DNA of 50,887 nt, from NCBI GenBank assembly GCA_008081395.1, contig VMCJ01000062.1:1-50887 (forward strand), given 5' to 3'. Below are positions 18,342 through 28,307 of the stretch, piece after piece. Numbering within the stretch: the first letter of the stretch is position 1; each line of letters opens with the position of its first letter. The stretch comes from Rhodospirillales bacterium. GTDB taxonomy: Bacteria > Pseudomonadota > Alphaproteobacteria > Bin95. The notes under the pieces were generated by a model. That model did not search any database, was not told where the DNA came from, and saw only the letters and a program-made list of their open reading frames with translations. The translations under genes were made by a program, and so were the position numbers.

Positions 18342-19298
18342 TTGACTGCCGATTTACCAATCGAGATAGAAGCAACATTCGGCCTCCACACACGGATCCC
18401 AAACCCTGATTATGCGCGAGTTTTAGTAGACCTAGCTGAGAAAAACGATTTCTCAATGATTGCAGTTGGCGATCATCTAGCCTTTGCACAAAGTATCGAT
18501 GACCCACTACTCGGATTGGCTATGATAGCCACTTTGTCGAATAAGCTGACAATCGGTACTTCTGTATTCCTTCTTGGTTTGAGACACCCTGGATTAGTCG
18601 CAAAGCAAACAATTACCCTTTCGCGTATGGCGCCAGGTCGATTTGTCTTTGGTGTTGGAGTGGGCGGTGAATTCCCGGCCGAGTTTGAATTCGCCGGAGT
18701 TCCTTTGAACGAGCGCGGGCCTCGTGTCGATGAAAGCATTAAAATTCTTAAAAGACTTTGGTCTGGTGAGCCGGTCGCTCACGAAGGACGTTTCTTCAGC
18801 TTCCCTAAAACACAACTTAGTCCAAGTCCTGAACCCTTAGGCGGACCTCCGATTTGGGTAGGAGGACGGTCTAAAGCAGCATTCAAGCGAGCTGGAAGGC
18901 TTTGCGATGGCTATATTTCGTACGTAATTACACCCAACCAGTATCGTCAGTCCCTGGAACTTATTGCCACTGAATATGCAAATGCGAAACGAAAGCTTAG
19001 TTCATATGGCGCAGCGCATCTTCTCTTCGTTCGGTTAGATGAGTCCTATGATGAAGCTTTTAGGGTAGCAAATTCACTATTATCCCAACGCTATGCAATG
19101 GACTTTAGTCGTGCCACCAAACGCTACGTTGCTCTTGGTACAGCTTCCGATGTAGCTGAAAAGCTTTCAGAGTTTTATTCGAGCGGTGTTAGGCATTTTG
19201 AATTTGATTTTCTGGGCACCCCAGAGGAGCGCCTGCACCAAGCAAAGATCTTTTCCGATGAAGTCAGACCTTTGCTTGATTTCCCATGTAAGAGCTAA
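18342..19298 (+). CDS. LLM class flavin- or F420-dependent oxidoreductase
   Basis: GDH, RHPGLVAK, GRFVFGVGVG, EF, PPIWVGG.S...R. Confidence 0.85.
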   Translation: MTADLPIEIEATFGLHTRIPNPDYARVLVDLAEKNDFSMIAVGDHLAFAQSIDDPLLGLAMIATLSNKLTIGTSVFLLGLRHPGLVAKQTITLSRMAPGRFVFGVGVGGEFPAEFEFAGVPLNERGPRVDESIKILKRLWSGEPVAHEGRFFSFPKTQLSPSPEPLGGPPIWVGGRSKAAFKRAGRLCDGYISYVITPNQYRQSLELIATEYANAKRKLSSYGAAHLLFVRLDESYDEAFRVANSLLSQRYAMDFSRATKRYVALGTASDVAEKLSEFYSSGVRHFEFDFLGTPEERLHQAKIFSDEVRPLLDFPCKS

Positions 19299-19333
19299 CT
19301 GCGGAGACGAAATTAACGAGAAATTGAAAATAC

Positions 19334-19783
19334 TTAAGATGATTTTTTAGCTAAAATCTTTTCAAAAACATCGAGAGTTTCGTTGCTCACGTGGTGTTCA
19401 ATGCCCTCTGCATCGATAGCTGCTGTATCTGGCGACACACCTATTGCTATGAGGAAACCAAGGACAATTTCGTGCCTTTTCCTTGAGCGCACTGCAAGTG
19501 CAGCCCCTTTTTCTGTAAGGAAAATTGATCGATAAGGACGGGTCTGAACGAAGCCTTCCCGTGAGAGCCTTGCAAGGGTTTTATTCACTGTTGCATGGCT
19601 AACACCGAATCGTTCGGCCAGATCAACAGCACGTGCCTCTCCTTCTTCAGCAAGGAGATCAGCTATCAGCTCAACATAATCTTCAGCAACCTCAGTTTGT
19701 CGCGCTTTGCGTAAACGATCAAAGCCAGCAGCCTGACTACTCACATCTTGCAAACGACTTTTAGCGGCATTTTGGTCGGTCAT
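19334..19783 (-). CDS. mntR: Manganese-dependent transcriptional regulator MntR (DtxR family)
   Basis: EDYVELIADL, wHTH DLAERFGVSHATV, IFLTEKG, DAEGIEHHVS; divergent from a Mn ABC operon. Confidence 0.93.
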   Translation of the reverse strand: MTDQNAAKSRLQDVSSQAAGFDRLRKARQTEVAEDYVELIADLLAEEGEARAVDLAERFGVSHATVNKTLARLSREGFVQTRPYRSIFLTEKGAALAVRSRKRHEIVLGFLIAIGVSPDTAAIDAEGIEHHVSNETLDVFEKILAKKSS

Positions 19784-19844
19784 GGTTTCCCCTCAATAAA
19801 ACACGTCTAAACCTCAAAAACCTCATTAGCAAGCACGAGAACTA

Positions 19845-19865
19845 TTTTTAGCCTTGGCTAACAAA
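19845..19865. promoter_or_regulatory. MntR operator
   Basis: Palindrome TTAGCC-TT-GGCTAA (core TAGC-N4-GCTA, as in proteobacterial MntR boxes) with T/A-rich flanks, lying between mntR and the troA-like gene. Confidence 0.75.
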
Positions 19866-19902
19866 TTATATATAGATATATTATTTACTATAAAGCAAAG
19901 AC

Positions 19903-19930
19903 TTGAAACATTGGCCGAGAAAAATATACT
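19903..19930 (+). promoter_or_regulatory. Sigma70 promoter of the Mn ABC transporter operon
   Basis: TTGAAA-N16-TATACT, 27 nt upstream of ATG 19958. Confidence 0.6.
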
Positions 19931-19957
19931 AGGATTACTAGCGTCGGGAATCGTCGG

Positions 19958-20935
19958 ATGCATCCAGGCATCTTCACAGTCTTAAGGTTGGCACGATTGT
20001 TCTTAATCGGTTTTTTTGCTGCCACTTCCCCGGTGTTCGCGGCGGAGAGACCCGTTATTCTTACAACTATTGCACAGATAGGAGAGCCGCTAGGCCGTAT
20101 TTTTTCGGGTTGTGCGAGGGTCGAAACACTTCTGGGAACAGGGATAGATCCACATCTATATAGGCTAAATAGAACAGATGTTGCCAAAGCCCTAGAAGCA
20201 GATGTGATAGTGGCTAACGGTTTAAATCTTGAAGCTCAAATGCAATCTCTGTTTGAGCGCTTATCTGCCACAAGACCGGTAATTTTTGCCGCGGAGCTCT
20301 TATCCGAAATTCATATTATTCGGCCAGATGGTCGCTCAGCCGATCCTCACATTTGGATGGATCCTAATTTATGGGGCGCTGTTTTAGGAAAAACTTCTGA
20401 TGAATTGGTAAAAATATGGCCAAGGTGCAAACCAACGGTCGCGAACAATAAAGCTATTGTAATCGCTGAAATTGAAGCGGTGAATCAGTACGGAAAGTCG
20501 CGTGTCGCCAGCATTCCTGAACAAGCTCGCATACTTATTACAGCGCATGACGCATTTGGTTATTTTGGGCGCAGGTATGATCTAACTGTTTTAAGCGTTC
20601 AGGGACTCTCCACTGAGAGTGAAGCTGGAATAGCTCATATCCGTGATTTAGTTTCCATCATAGCTGACCGAAAAGTTGGGGCGGTGTTTGTCGAAACATC
20701 TGCACCAGAACGGTCAGTTGACGCTGTTATAGAGGGAGCCCGTGCGTTAGGCGCCGCCGTAGAAAAAGGAAGTCCCTTGTTCTCTGATGCAATGGGCAGC
20801 TCTAACACCTATGAAGGTACTTATGTTGGGATGATAGATCATAACATAACAACTATTGTGCGGGGCCTAGGTGGTGAAGCACCAATGACTGGCATGCAGA
20901 AGCGTCTTGCTGTTCCTCCCAGGGGGGAGAGTTAA
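19958..20935 (+). CDS. troA: Mn/Zn ABC transporter substrate-binding protein (TroA/MntA type)
   Basis: Signal peptide; metal ligand motifs [24 protein letters not shown]; NGLNLE. Confidence 0.9.
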   Translation: MHPGIFTVLRLARLFLIGFFAATSPVFAAERPVILTTIAQIGEPLGRIFSGCARVETLLGTGIDPHLYRLNRTDVAKALEADVIVANGLNLEAQMQSLFERLSATRPVIFAAELLSEIHIIRPDGRSADPHIWMDPNLWGAVLGKTSDELVKIWPRCKPTVANNKAIVIAEIEAVNQYGKSRVASIPEQARILITAHDAFGYFGRRYDLTVLSVQGLSTESEAGIAHIRDLVSIIADRKVGAVFVETSAPERSVDAVIEGARALGAAVEKGSPLFSDAMGSSNTYEGTYVGMIDHNITTIVRGLGGEAPMTGMQKRLAVPPRGES

Positions 20936-20939
20936 TAAG

Positions 20940-21740
20940 ATGAGCCCAGAGATCAGAGCCTTAATTCAAGGAGAAGAGCTTCATGCCCCTCTGGATAAGC
21001 AATCTCCTCTTGATGTTTCAGGCCTTACAGTTGCCTATCGACGAACACCTGCCGTCTGGAATGTAGACTTCAAAGCAGTACCGGGCTCTTTGACGGCTAT
21101 CTTAGGCCCAAACGGAGCCGGTAAATCTTCGTTCTTAAAGGGAGCTCTTGGACTTGTACCTACCCTTGAGGGACGCATTGGAGCCTTTGGCTTGCCAATT
21201 AACAAAAGCCGGCGACGCATTGCATATGTGCCACAACGGGAAAGCGTTGATTGGGAATTCCCAGCTACGGCCCTCGATGTAGTCACCATGGGGTTGTACC
21301 GAAGTATTGGCTGGTTTCGTCCAATCAGACGTTATCATAAAGAGGCAGCCCTTGAAGCATTGGCCCAACTGGGCATGGCCGACTTCGCCAGTCGTCAAAT
21401 TGGTCAGCTCTCAGGTGGGCAACAGCAACGTGTTTTTCTCGCCCGCGCCCTCGCTCAGGACGCCGATTTATATCTAATGGATGAGCCTTTAGCCGGAGTA
21501 GATGCGGCAACCGAGCGAACTATCGTTACCCTACTGCGCCACCTAGCATCCTCAGGAAAAACGGCATTAGTCGTTCATCATGATCTGTCTACAGTGAAAG
21601 AATATTTTGACCAGGCTCTACTTTTAAATGTTCGCCGCATTGCCTCTGGATCTGTTGATGAAGCCATAACTGAAGATACACTTCAACGCGCCTATGGGGG
21701 GCGGTTAGCGGCACCGCAACTCCGAGCTGTGCTTAGCTGA
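20940..21740 (+). CDS. troB: Mn/Zn ABC transporter ATP-binding protein
   Basis: Walker [30 protein letters not shown]; ATG 20940. Confidence 0.92.
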   Translation: MSPEIRALIQGEELHAPLDKQSPLDVSGLTVAYRRTPAVWNVDFKAVPGSLTAILGPNGAGKSSFLKGALGLVPTLEGRIGAFGLPINKSRRRIAYVPQRESVDWEFPATALDVVTMGLYRSIGWFRPIRRYHKEAALEALAQLGMADFASRQIGQLSGGQQQRVFLARALAQDADLYLMDEPLAGVDAATERTIVTLLRHLASSGKTALVVHHDLSTVKEYFDQALLLNVRRIASGSVDEAITEDTLQRAYGGRLAAPQLRAVLS

Positions 21741-21746
21741 AGTATT

Positions 21747-22931
21747 ATGCTTGAAAGTTTCATCGGTGCATTGTTGCTCGAGGGCGGGTATAACAGCGTT
21801 CTTGTAATGGTAGGGCTTGGATTACTTGGAGCTGCGGCTGGTCCGGTTGGGACTTTTATGATCATCAAGGGCCGACCATTATTGGCTGATGCAGTAGCTC
21901 ACGCGACTCTTCCTGGTATCGCTGCTGGCTTTTTACTTTCCCTTTTTTTAACAGGGGACGGAAGGAACCCGATCTATCTTCTAGTTGGGGCAACTATTAC
22001 TGGGATCACCGCAGCTGGGGCCATGCATCTTCTAAAAGATGGTATTCGAATTGGCGAAGACGCAGCAACAGCAGCTACCCTCAGCGTTTCTTTTGGCGCC
22101 GGCGTGGTACTTCTGAGCTTTATCCAAAATTTACCTACAGCGGGACAGGCAGGATTAAATGCCTATCTCCTAGGCCAAGCAGCTACCATGACCCAAGGAG
22201 AGGCGTGGCTTGTTTTAGCTGTTGGGGCAACGACATTACTGATCCTCTTCTTAGTATTCAAAGAATTAACCATTTCAGCGTTTGATCCTATTGGCGCTAA
22301 AGCACTCGGCCTCCCTGTACGTTTACTCGACCTGCTAACAACTGCCCTCATGCTCCTAATAGTGGCGTCAGGTCTCAGAGCTGTTGGCCTGGTTCTAATC
22401 TTAGCCCTTCTGGTTACACCTGCTGCTGCAGCACGATTCTGGACAGATAATATTACGCGCATGACTGCTATCTCTGCTCTCCTTGGAGGTTTGGGAGCAT
22501 ATTTAGGTGGCGCTTTATCAACGGCCATTTCTGGCATACCAACTGGCGCTCTAATAGTCGCGATAATGAGTTCTGTTTTTGGTTTTAGTCTTCTCTTTGC
22601 ACCCAAAGGAGGCGCCATCGCGGTTGCTATGCGTAAGCATCGACTTACCAAACACATTCAGCGCCTTCGTGTACTGGGCAGGATTGCCGATGGAGTAGCG
22701 CTAGCTGAGCTTATTAAAGTTGCACGACATTATGGCTGGGCCGATACCAACGGCAGGCCAACAATGTCAGGTGAAATAGCTGCCAAATCCTGGGCGAAGG
22801 AAGAAAAACTTCGATCATTATATCTTACTGACAGACCCGAGGAGGCAAATCGAATAACCCTCAGCCTTATGCCACTTCATCGTCTGATACCAAGAGATGT
22901 CCTAGCGGACTTAGAACGTCGGTCCTCATGA
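21747..22931 (+). CDS. troC: Mn/Zn ABC transporter permease with a hydrophilic C-terminal extension
   Basis: DAVAHATLPG, AFDP..A..LG, VGLVLILALLVTPAAAAR; about 100 aa soluble tail. Confidence 0.88.
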   Translation: MLESFIGALLLEGGYNSVLVMVGLGLLGAAAGPVGTFMIIKGRPLLADAVAHATLPGIAAGFLLSLFLTGDGRNPIYLLVGATITGITAAGAMHLLKDGIRIGEDAATAATLSVSFGAGVVLLSFIQNLPTAGQAGLNAYLLGQAATMTQGEAWLVLAVGATTLLILFLVFKELTISAFDPIGAKALGLPVRLLDLLTTALMLLIVASGLRAVGLVLILALLVTPAAAARFWTDNITRMTAISALLGGLGAYLGGALSTAISGIPTGALIVAIMSSVFGFSLLFAPKGGAIAVAMRKHRLTKHIQRLRVLGRIADGVALAELIKVARHYGWADTNGRPTMSGEIAAKSWAKEEKLRSLYLTDRPEEANRITLSLMPLHRLIPRDVLADLERRSS

Positions 22932-23833
22932 CTTTCCTGCAAATTGATTTGCCAGCGATGACACTTGCCATTCTAGCTGGACTAACTGCTGCCCTAGTCG
23001 GCAACTTACTAATTTTACGAAGGCAAGCTTTGATGGGAGATGCTCTATCCCATATGGTGTTACCGGGCATTGTCGGTGGTTATGTCATTAGTGGCCACCC
23101 AAAAAGCTGGGCTATAGTTGGTGGCGCGTTATTAGCGGGCCTTCTGGGCGCCGGCTTGATTTCCTTAATTCAACGACTTGGTCGATTAGATGCAGCAACA
23201 GCAATGGGAGTGGTCTTGACCACCATGTTTGCTGCTGGCGTACTTTTAATTGAAGTAATCAATATTTCTGGGATCCATCTCGACATCGAGCATGCATTAT
23301 ATGGGAGCCTCGAGAGTGTGATTTGGCTTTACCCGGTAGGTTGGAAAGATATCTTTAACCCTGCTGGTTGGGCTGACCTACCCCGGGAAATACCCTTTAT
23401 TGCAGGAACTTTTTTTACCTTAGCAACCGCCTTTTTTATCACTGCGAAAGAGATAAGGTTAGTAACATTTGATCCCAGCTTTAGTGCCACTCTAGGTATA
23501 CCTTTCTGGCTTACGGAATTATTAATTAACTGCGCTGTCGCTATTGCAGTAGTAGCTGCATTTGATGCCGTTGGCTCAATCTTAGTGATATCGATGCTCA
23601 TTTGCCCGACTGCAACAGCGAGACTAATCACCAATCGCTTTAACCTTCAGATAGGGGTCAGCCTTTTTATTGCGGCTTTCAGCGCTCTACTTGGGTATGT
23701 CTTCGCGGTATGGGGAGCTCCATATCTTGGTTCTCCAGGGGCAGTAAACGCGGCGGGCGGTATCGCGTGTGTGGCAGGTACCATCTTGGTTTCAACATCT
23801 ATTTTGCATGTACTGTTGCAGAAAAGAGCATAA
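22928..23833 (+). CDS. troD: Mn/Zn ABC transporter permease
   Basis: GDALSHMVLPG, HLD, TFDP, AFDAVGSILV; ATGA overlap with the preceding permease. Confidence 0.88.
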   Translation: MTFLQIDLPAMTLAILAGLTAALVGNLLILRRQALMGDALSHMVLPGIVGGYVISGHPKSWAIVGGALLAGLLGAGLISLIQRLGRLDAATAMGVVLTTMFAAGVLLIEVINISGIHLDIEHALYGSLESVIWLYPVGWKDIFNPAGWADLPREIPFIAGTFFTLATAFFITAKEIRLVTFDPSFSATLGIPFWLTELLINCAVAIAVVAAFDAVGSILVISMLICPTATARLITNRFNLQIGVSLFIAAFSALLGYVFAVWGAPYLGSPGAVNAAGGIACVAGTILVSTSILHVLLQKRA

Positions 23834-23851
23834 GGCTGCTAACAGATATCT

Positions 23852-25099
23852 ATGATCATTTCTGGTCGAAATATGCAGCATTTTATCGCCCTTTTGTTGC
23901 TAGGTTTTGCTTGTTTTTCACCTAGCAATAGCTTGGCAGGAGAGAAGCCGCCAAAAGCTTTTCTTGCCATCGACGGGGCTTCGGGACAGGAGCTGCTATC
24001 TGAGTCACCAGACCTCAAAATTTATCCAGCATCTCTAACCAAGATGATGACTTTATATTTGCTATTTGATGATCTGAGTGGTGGACGGTTAAAACTCGGC
24101 ACCCGAATTCGATTTTCTGCTAATGCCGCGGCGCAGCCCCCATCCAAACTTGGCATCCCTAGAGGCCAGAGCATCACAGTAGAGAAGGCTATTTATGCTC
24201 TAGCCGTTAAGTCGGCTAACGACGTGGCAGTTGCCGTTGCTGAGCGGCTATCAAAGTCGGAAAAAAGTTTCGCAGCCCGAATGAATAGAAAAGCACGCGC
24301 CATTGGCATGTCACGGACTAATTTCGTAAATGCCTCTGGGCTTCATAATCGCGCCCAAACCTCAACGCCTCGCGATTTGGCGATGCTCAGCCGCGCACTG
24401 CTATATAAGCACAAACGATATTTTAAATACTTTAATGCACAATATTTCAGACATGGACGTAGAACCGTTTATAGCCACAATAACTTTATGAAAAGGTATG
24501 AAGGTGCCGATGGAATAAAAACTGGCTACATCCGAGCCTCTGGTTTCAATTTAGCGGCATCCGCAGTCAAAAATGGTCGGCGCCTGATTGCGGTCATAGC
24601 TGGAGGAGAGTCAGGAGCAGAACGCGATCGTGAAATGATGCAAATCATGGACAAAGGTTTCTATCTAGCCGAACGACTTGAAAAACCTCGTTATGCTGGA
24701 ATAGCACCTGTTTCCCTAGACTTTCAAACTGGGGAACCGGCTGTTCCTCCCACGCGTGACTTCATTGCACAATTTCTAGAAAACTCGTCGGAAGACAAAG
24801 ACCCATCTACCGATTACCAAATATCAGAAGGCGATACCGACAATGATGCTGCCCCAATTTATGCTAGCCAATTGGGCGCCTTAAGCTCACCAAAAGCCGC
24901 GCGCGCGCTAGCTAATAGAAGACTGGCAGAACTTGGCCCTGTCGCTCTAGGGGGAACTTTGAAAGTCAAACCATTAACACTAAAAAATGGAAAGAGACTT
25001 TTCAGAGCTAGGATTGTTGGGCTAACAGACGACCAAGCAGAGAAAGCTTGCCATATTCTTAAGAATGATGGCAAAGACTGCCTTGTCATAAGGCCCTAG
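23852..25099 (+). CDS. D-alanyl-D-alanine carboxypeptidase (peptidase S11) with a C-terminal SPOR-like domain
   Basis: SxxK (PASLTKMM), SxN (KSANDVA), KTG (GIKTGYI); C-terminal QLGA...FRARIVG...AC..LK...DC. Confidence 0.9.
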   Translation: MIISGRNMQHFIALLLLGFACFSPSNSLAGEKPPKAFLAIDGASGQELLSESPDLKIYPASLTKMMTLYLLFDDLSGGRLKLGTRIRFSANAAAQPPSKLGIPRGQSITVEKAIYALAVKSANDVAVAVAERLSKSEKSFAARMNRKARAIGMSRTNFVNASGLHNRAQTSTPRDLAMLSRALLYKHKRYFKYFNAQYFRHGRRTVYSHNNFMKRYEGADGIKTGYIRASGFNLAASAVKNGRRLIAVIAGGESGAERDREMMQIMDKGFYLAERLEKPRYAGIAPVSLDFQTGEPAVPPTRDFIAQFLENSSEDKDPSTDYQISEGDTDNDAAPIYASQLGALSSPKAARALANRRLAELGPVALGGTLKVKPLTLKNGKRLFRARIVGLTDDQAEKACHILKNDGKDCLVIRP

Positions 25100-25116
25100 C
25101 CTTCACGGTGAGTTTA

Positions 25117-26274
25117 CTATTGGCGCGGAGCTGCCCCACTTCTTTGCGCAGCTTCGGGCTTATCGATAACGTCCTGGGAAGTAGCCGTCAGACGCTTCGA
25201 TTTGTAGTCTGTTAAACGATATGCCCAACCATTTACTCGACTGTCTAAAAGCTTTGCTTCTTTGGCTACTTCGTCCTGAGTCTTCATTTGTTGAGCGATA
25301 CGTGCTTCCTCTGTATCGGCATCACGCTTGAGGTTAATGAAAGTTTCCAAATCAGAAGATCGCTTGCCCATTTCAACAAGCACTTTTGACCAAACTTTAC
25401 TATCGTCTTGAATGGCGGAGTAAAATTTGAGGCGCAAGCCATCAAAGGTTTCATAAACTGTTTCAACAGAATGATCCCACTTCAAACGTTCCGCCGGTTT
25501 TACGTCCTCTAAAATCATAAAGTCGGGAACGCGTGCGATATTGGAAAGCTCATGATTGGGTTTAGCTTGAAAGCCAGTGGGAATTTTGACGCCTAAATCA
25601 TAATCACTCTGATCTGGTGTAGTTTTTGATATTGTGACTATTTCTTCCACGCCACCCATTTTTTTACTTGAGTGCTGTATGCGTGTGGAGCGAATACGAC
25701 GACCGTCGACATTTACTACTGATCTATCCAAAAGGTCTAACGTTCTGCGACGAGGCTTAACTTCGTCCTTCACCAACCAAGTTTGGTCCTCCCCATACAA
25801 TCGAACGAAGGTACCACCGCCATGTTGGGGTGGACTCACAAGCCCAAAAATTACGTCAGCAACATCTTCACCTGAGACCTTGAGGGTTACTCTGGTCCCC
25901 TTAGTGCCATCGCCACTCGGGTCATCCAAGTTTAAACGCGCATGGTTTTGCGGTTTTGCAGTTTTTGGTTCTATCTTCTCCAGCGTGGCAACTTGCTTCA
26001 AGAGAATTGAAACACGATCTGGATTTGCGCGGTAATTGTGATGATTTTGGACCATCCACATATCCTTATTGCGCGCGAGATCTATAACGCCCCCCTCCTG
26101 ACTTTCCACACGGATCATGTCGATGTCATTAACGCGCGACTGCAACTTGGGAAGGAGCAAACCTCCCTCATACGCTTCCGAATGCAAGGCCTTTCGGTCT
26201 TGGCTAAAGTAGTAAGCACCGCCACTGATTAATACGACTATGGCAGACAAGACTATAAAAATACGGATGTTCAT
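25117..26274 (-). CDS. DUF4340 domain membrane-anchored protein
   Basis: N-terminal TM anchor, LLLPKL, W...YRAN, TFVR...TWLV; last gene of the GldAFG-like ABC operon, where this family typically lies. Confidence 0.7.
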   Translation of the reverse strand: MNIRIFIVLSAIVVLISGGAYYFSQDRKALHSEAYEGGLLLPKLQSRVNDIDMIRVESQEGGVIDLARNKDMWMVQNHHNYRANPDRVSILLKQVATLEKIEPKTAKPQNHARLNLDDPSGDGTKGTRVTLKVSGEDVADVIFGLVSPPQHGGGTFVRLYGEDQTWLVKDEVKPRRRTLDLLDRSVVNVDGRRIRSTRIQHSSKKMGGVEEIVTISKTTPDQSDYDLGVKIPTGFQAKPNHELSNIARVPDFMILEDVKPAERLKWDHSVETVYETFDGLRLKFYSAIQDDSKVWSKVLVEMGKRSSDLETFINLKRDADTEEARIAQQMKTQDEVAKEAKLLDSRVNGWAYRLTDYKSKRLTATSQDVIDKPEAAQRSGAAPRQ

Positions 26275-26306
26275 TGAATTGCGCGCTCCCTAAGCGCTTC
26301 TCTGCG

Positions 26307-28307
26307 TCAAACTTTGCCGAAGGTCGCAGCGAATGTCTTTCGCCGGCGACTACGCCAAACTGCAGCTATTATTGCGATGATGCCGACTGCTAATGGCATT
26401 CCAGCGATATTTGCAGCTTTTATCCAGCCATTTAGCTCTTCAACATCCGACCGAAGTGCAAACTGAACATCTCTCAACTCCTTGCGGATTCGAAGTACTT
26501 CTTCCTGAAATTTTTCTATCTGAGCTTTCTGCTCATCAGAAAGAACAATTCGTGCATCACCGGAAGGATCCGTTGCCTTGCGAACTTCTCCAAGTTGCTT
26601 TTCGGTGGACGCGAGACTTACCAGAAGTTCTTGCTCTTTCGCACGGAAGTCACGCTCAGCTTCACGCTGTATGTCTTCGATTAGGGTAAAAGGCCTTTGA
26701 AACCCACCCCTGCTGCGAAGGCTGATAAGGTCTGCAGAACCGGTCATATTGTCCAAGAGGTTCTGGAACCAAGCACCATTATTGGAGGTTGGGACGGAGA
26801 TCCGTTGACCAAACATATCGCGAACCTGAACCCAAAGTCCGTCAGCAAGCATATCAACATCGGCGGTCAGTACGATGTTCACATTGCTCTTAGCCTCTAA
26901 TAAATGCCTAGCCTTACGAACTTCCCAAATTTGTTCGGCTTTTGCCTTTTCCTCACCCTTAATGTCATCTTGATTAAGAGCTTTTGGCTTCGGCGGCCCT
27001 CCTGGGAACGCTGTTTTTGCCTTACCTACCAAGCGAGCAGAAATTACTTGTTTTCCATCCGCCTTCATATCATTAGCAACACCCAGGATATCTGGCTGTT
27101 GCCCTTGAATCCGGGCTACATCTACTGTCCCACCTTGGCTTGATGTTTGGATCAAGGGCTCAATTGTGAGACCATCACCTTTCTGGATGATATGTCCTGG
27201 CGATGCAATGCGGAAGGCCTCAAGCTGGCTTGTTGTAATGTCATCGCCAGAAAAATCGCCTTTTCGAATTTCCATCCAAAGTGGGTAAAGGACGGCTTGA
27301 ACTCTCGTTCGACTATCGTCAGGCACACGAACTTTTCGACCATTCTTCAAATCGCCGGCCAATACATCCGCTGGAATATCGACGCCCCAGGCATCCATAA
27401 GTTTTTGAATATTACGGGTAGACCCATAGTCTCCGCGCTGCCCACCCATACCAGGCGGACGGCTTGCATCCGCTTCTGAATGCGGATCAACAAAAATTAA
27501 AACTCTTCCTCCATTTAATACGAACTGATCAATTGCATATAGTGAAAGGTCAGAGAGTATCGGGGGGTGAATCAAAATTAGGAGATCGAGATTTATTGGA
27601 AGTTCTTCGGCCTGAGGAGGCAACTCAATGATATCAAACAAATTTTGTGCCTGAGCCCAAACCATCCAGCTGTCATCTGGGCCACCGCCAGGCAACACCA
27701 TAGCGCGGTTTCTCTGCGAACCCGCGATAGGTAACTTAGTGATTACTCCAATGCGAGGCTTCTCGGGATTTGCCAGGCCATAAACTAATCGGGCCAAGTC
27801 ATATTCAAGGAATTTTTCACGTTGTTCATCAAAAAATGGAATGGCTAGCTGACTATTTGTCGAATTAGTTCCAGCCAATCCGAAATAAACTGTCTCTCCT
27901 GTCTGATCTACAGGCACTCCCTTTAAACCAAAGCCTACAGCACGGTCCTCTACGTCAGTAAACGGCTCTGGGTCATAAACTTCCAACCGTATTTTACCGG
28001 CACTTTCAGCAGAAAACTCCTCGAGCATATCTTGGACACGCTGGCCATAGATCCCAAGCTGTGGAATTTCTCGTGACAAGCGGCTGGAAAAATAAAAGCG
28101 CAATGTTACAGGCTCATCCAAATTGGTAAGCACATTGCGGGTACCCTGCGACAAAGTAAAAAGACCGTCGTCTGTTAGATCAATTCGGCTTGATCTAAGG
28201 GCATTATTGGAAAGCATCACTGTTGCCACAAAACCAATAGCAATGACGGATAGGGTAAGCGCTACAAGTGCGCCGCTTCGCGTTTTACTTTGAGACATAT
28301 CCATCAA
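26307..28307 (-). CDS. GldG-like ABC transporter auxiliary component
   Basis: RIDLTDDGLFTLSQGT, YFGLAG, FLEYDL, AIDQFVLNGG..LIFVDP, LISLRSR, coiled coil, C-terminal TM. Confidence 0.85.
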   Translation of the reverse strand: MMDMSQSKTRSGALVALTLSVIAIGFVATVMLSNNALRSSRIDLTDDGLFTLSQGTRNVLTNLDEPVTLRFYFSSRLSREIPQLGIYGQRVQDMLEEFSAESAGKIRLEVYDPEPFTDVEDRAVGFGLKGVPVDQTGETVYFGLAGTNSTNSQLAIPFFDEQREKFLEYDLARLVYGLANPEKPRIGVITKLPIAGSQRNRAMVLPGGGPDDSWMVWAQAQNLFDIIELPPQAEELPINLDLLILIHPPILSDLSLYAIDQFVLNGGRVLIFVDPHSEADASRPPGMGGQRGDYGSTRNIQKLMDAWGVDIPADVLAGDLKNGRKVRVPDDSRTRVQAVLYPLWMEIRKGDFSGDDITTSQLEAFRIASPGHIIQKGDGLTIEPLIQTSSQGGTVDVARIQGQQPDILGVANDMKADGKQVISARLVGKAKTAFPGGPPKPKALNQDDIKGEEKAKAEQIWEVRKARHLLEAKSNVNIVLTADVDMLADGLWVQVRDMFGQRISVPTSNNGAWFQNLLDNMTGSADLISLRSRGGFQRPFTLIEDIQREAERDFRAKEQELLVSLASTEKQLGEVRKATDPSGDARIVLSDEQKAQIEKFQEEVLRIRKELRDVQFALRSDVEELNGWIKAANIAGMPLAVGIIAIIAAVWRSRRRKTFAATFGKV

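Noticed and set aside
18274-18507. N-terminal extension of the aminotransferase in the ORF track (likewise extensions at 35073, 40768, 44953, 6487, 20907)
   Set aside because: These extensions overlap well-supported neighbouring genes, and family homology begins at the downstream start codons.
19784-19957. Possible yybP-ykoY Mn riboswitch in the mntR-troA gap
   Set aside because: The predicted troA leader is too short, and the region is AT-rich with no multi-stem structure.
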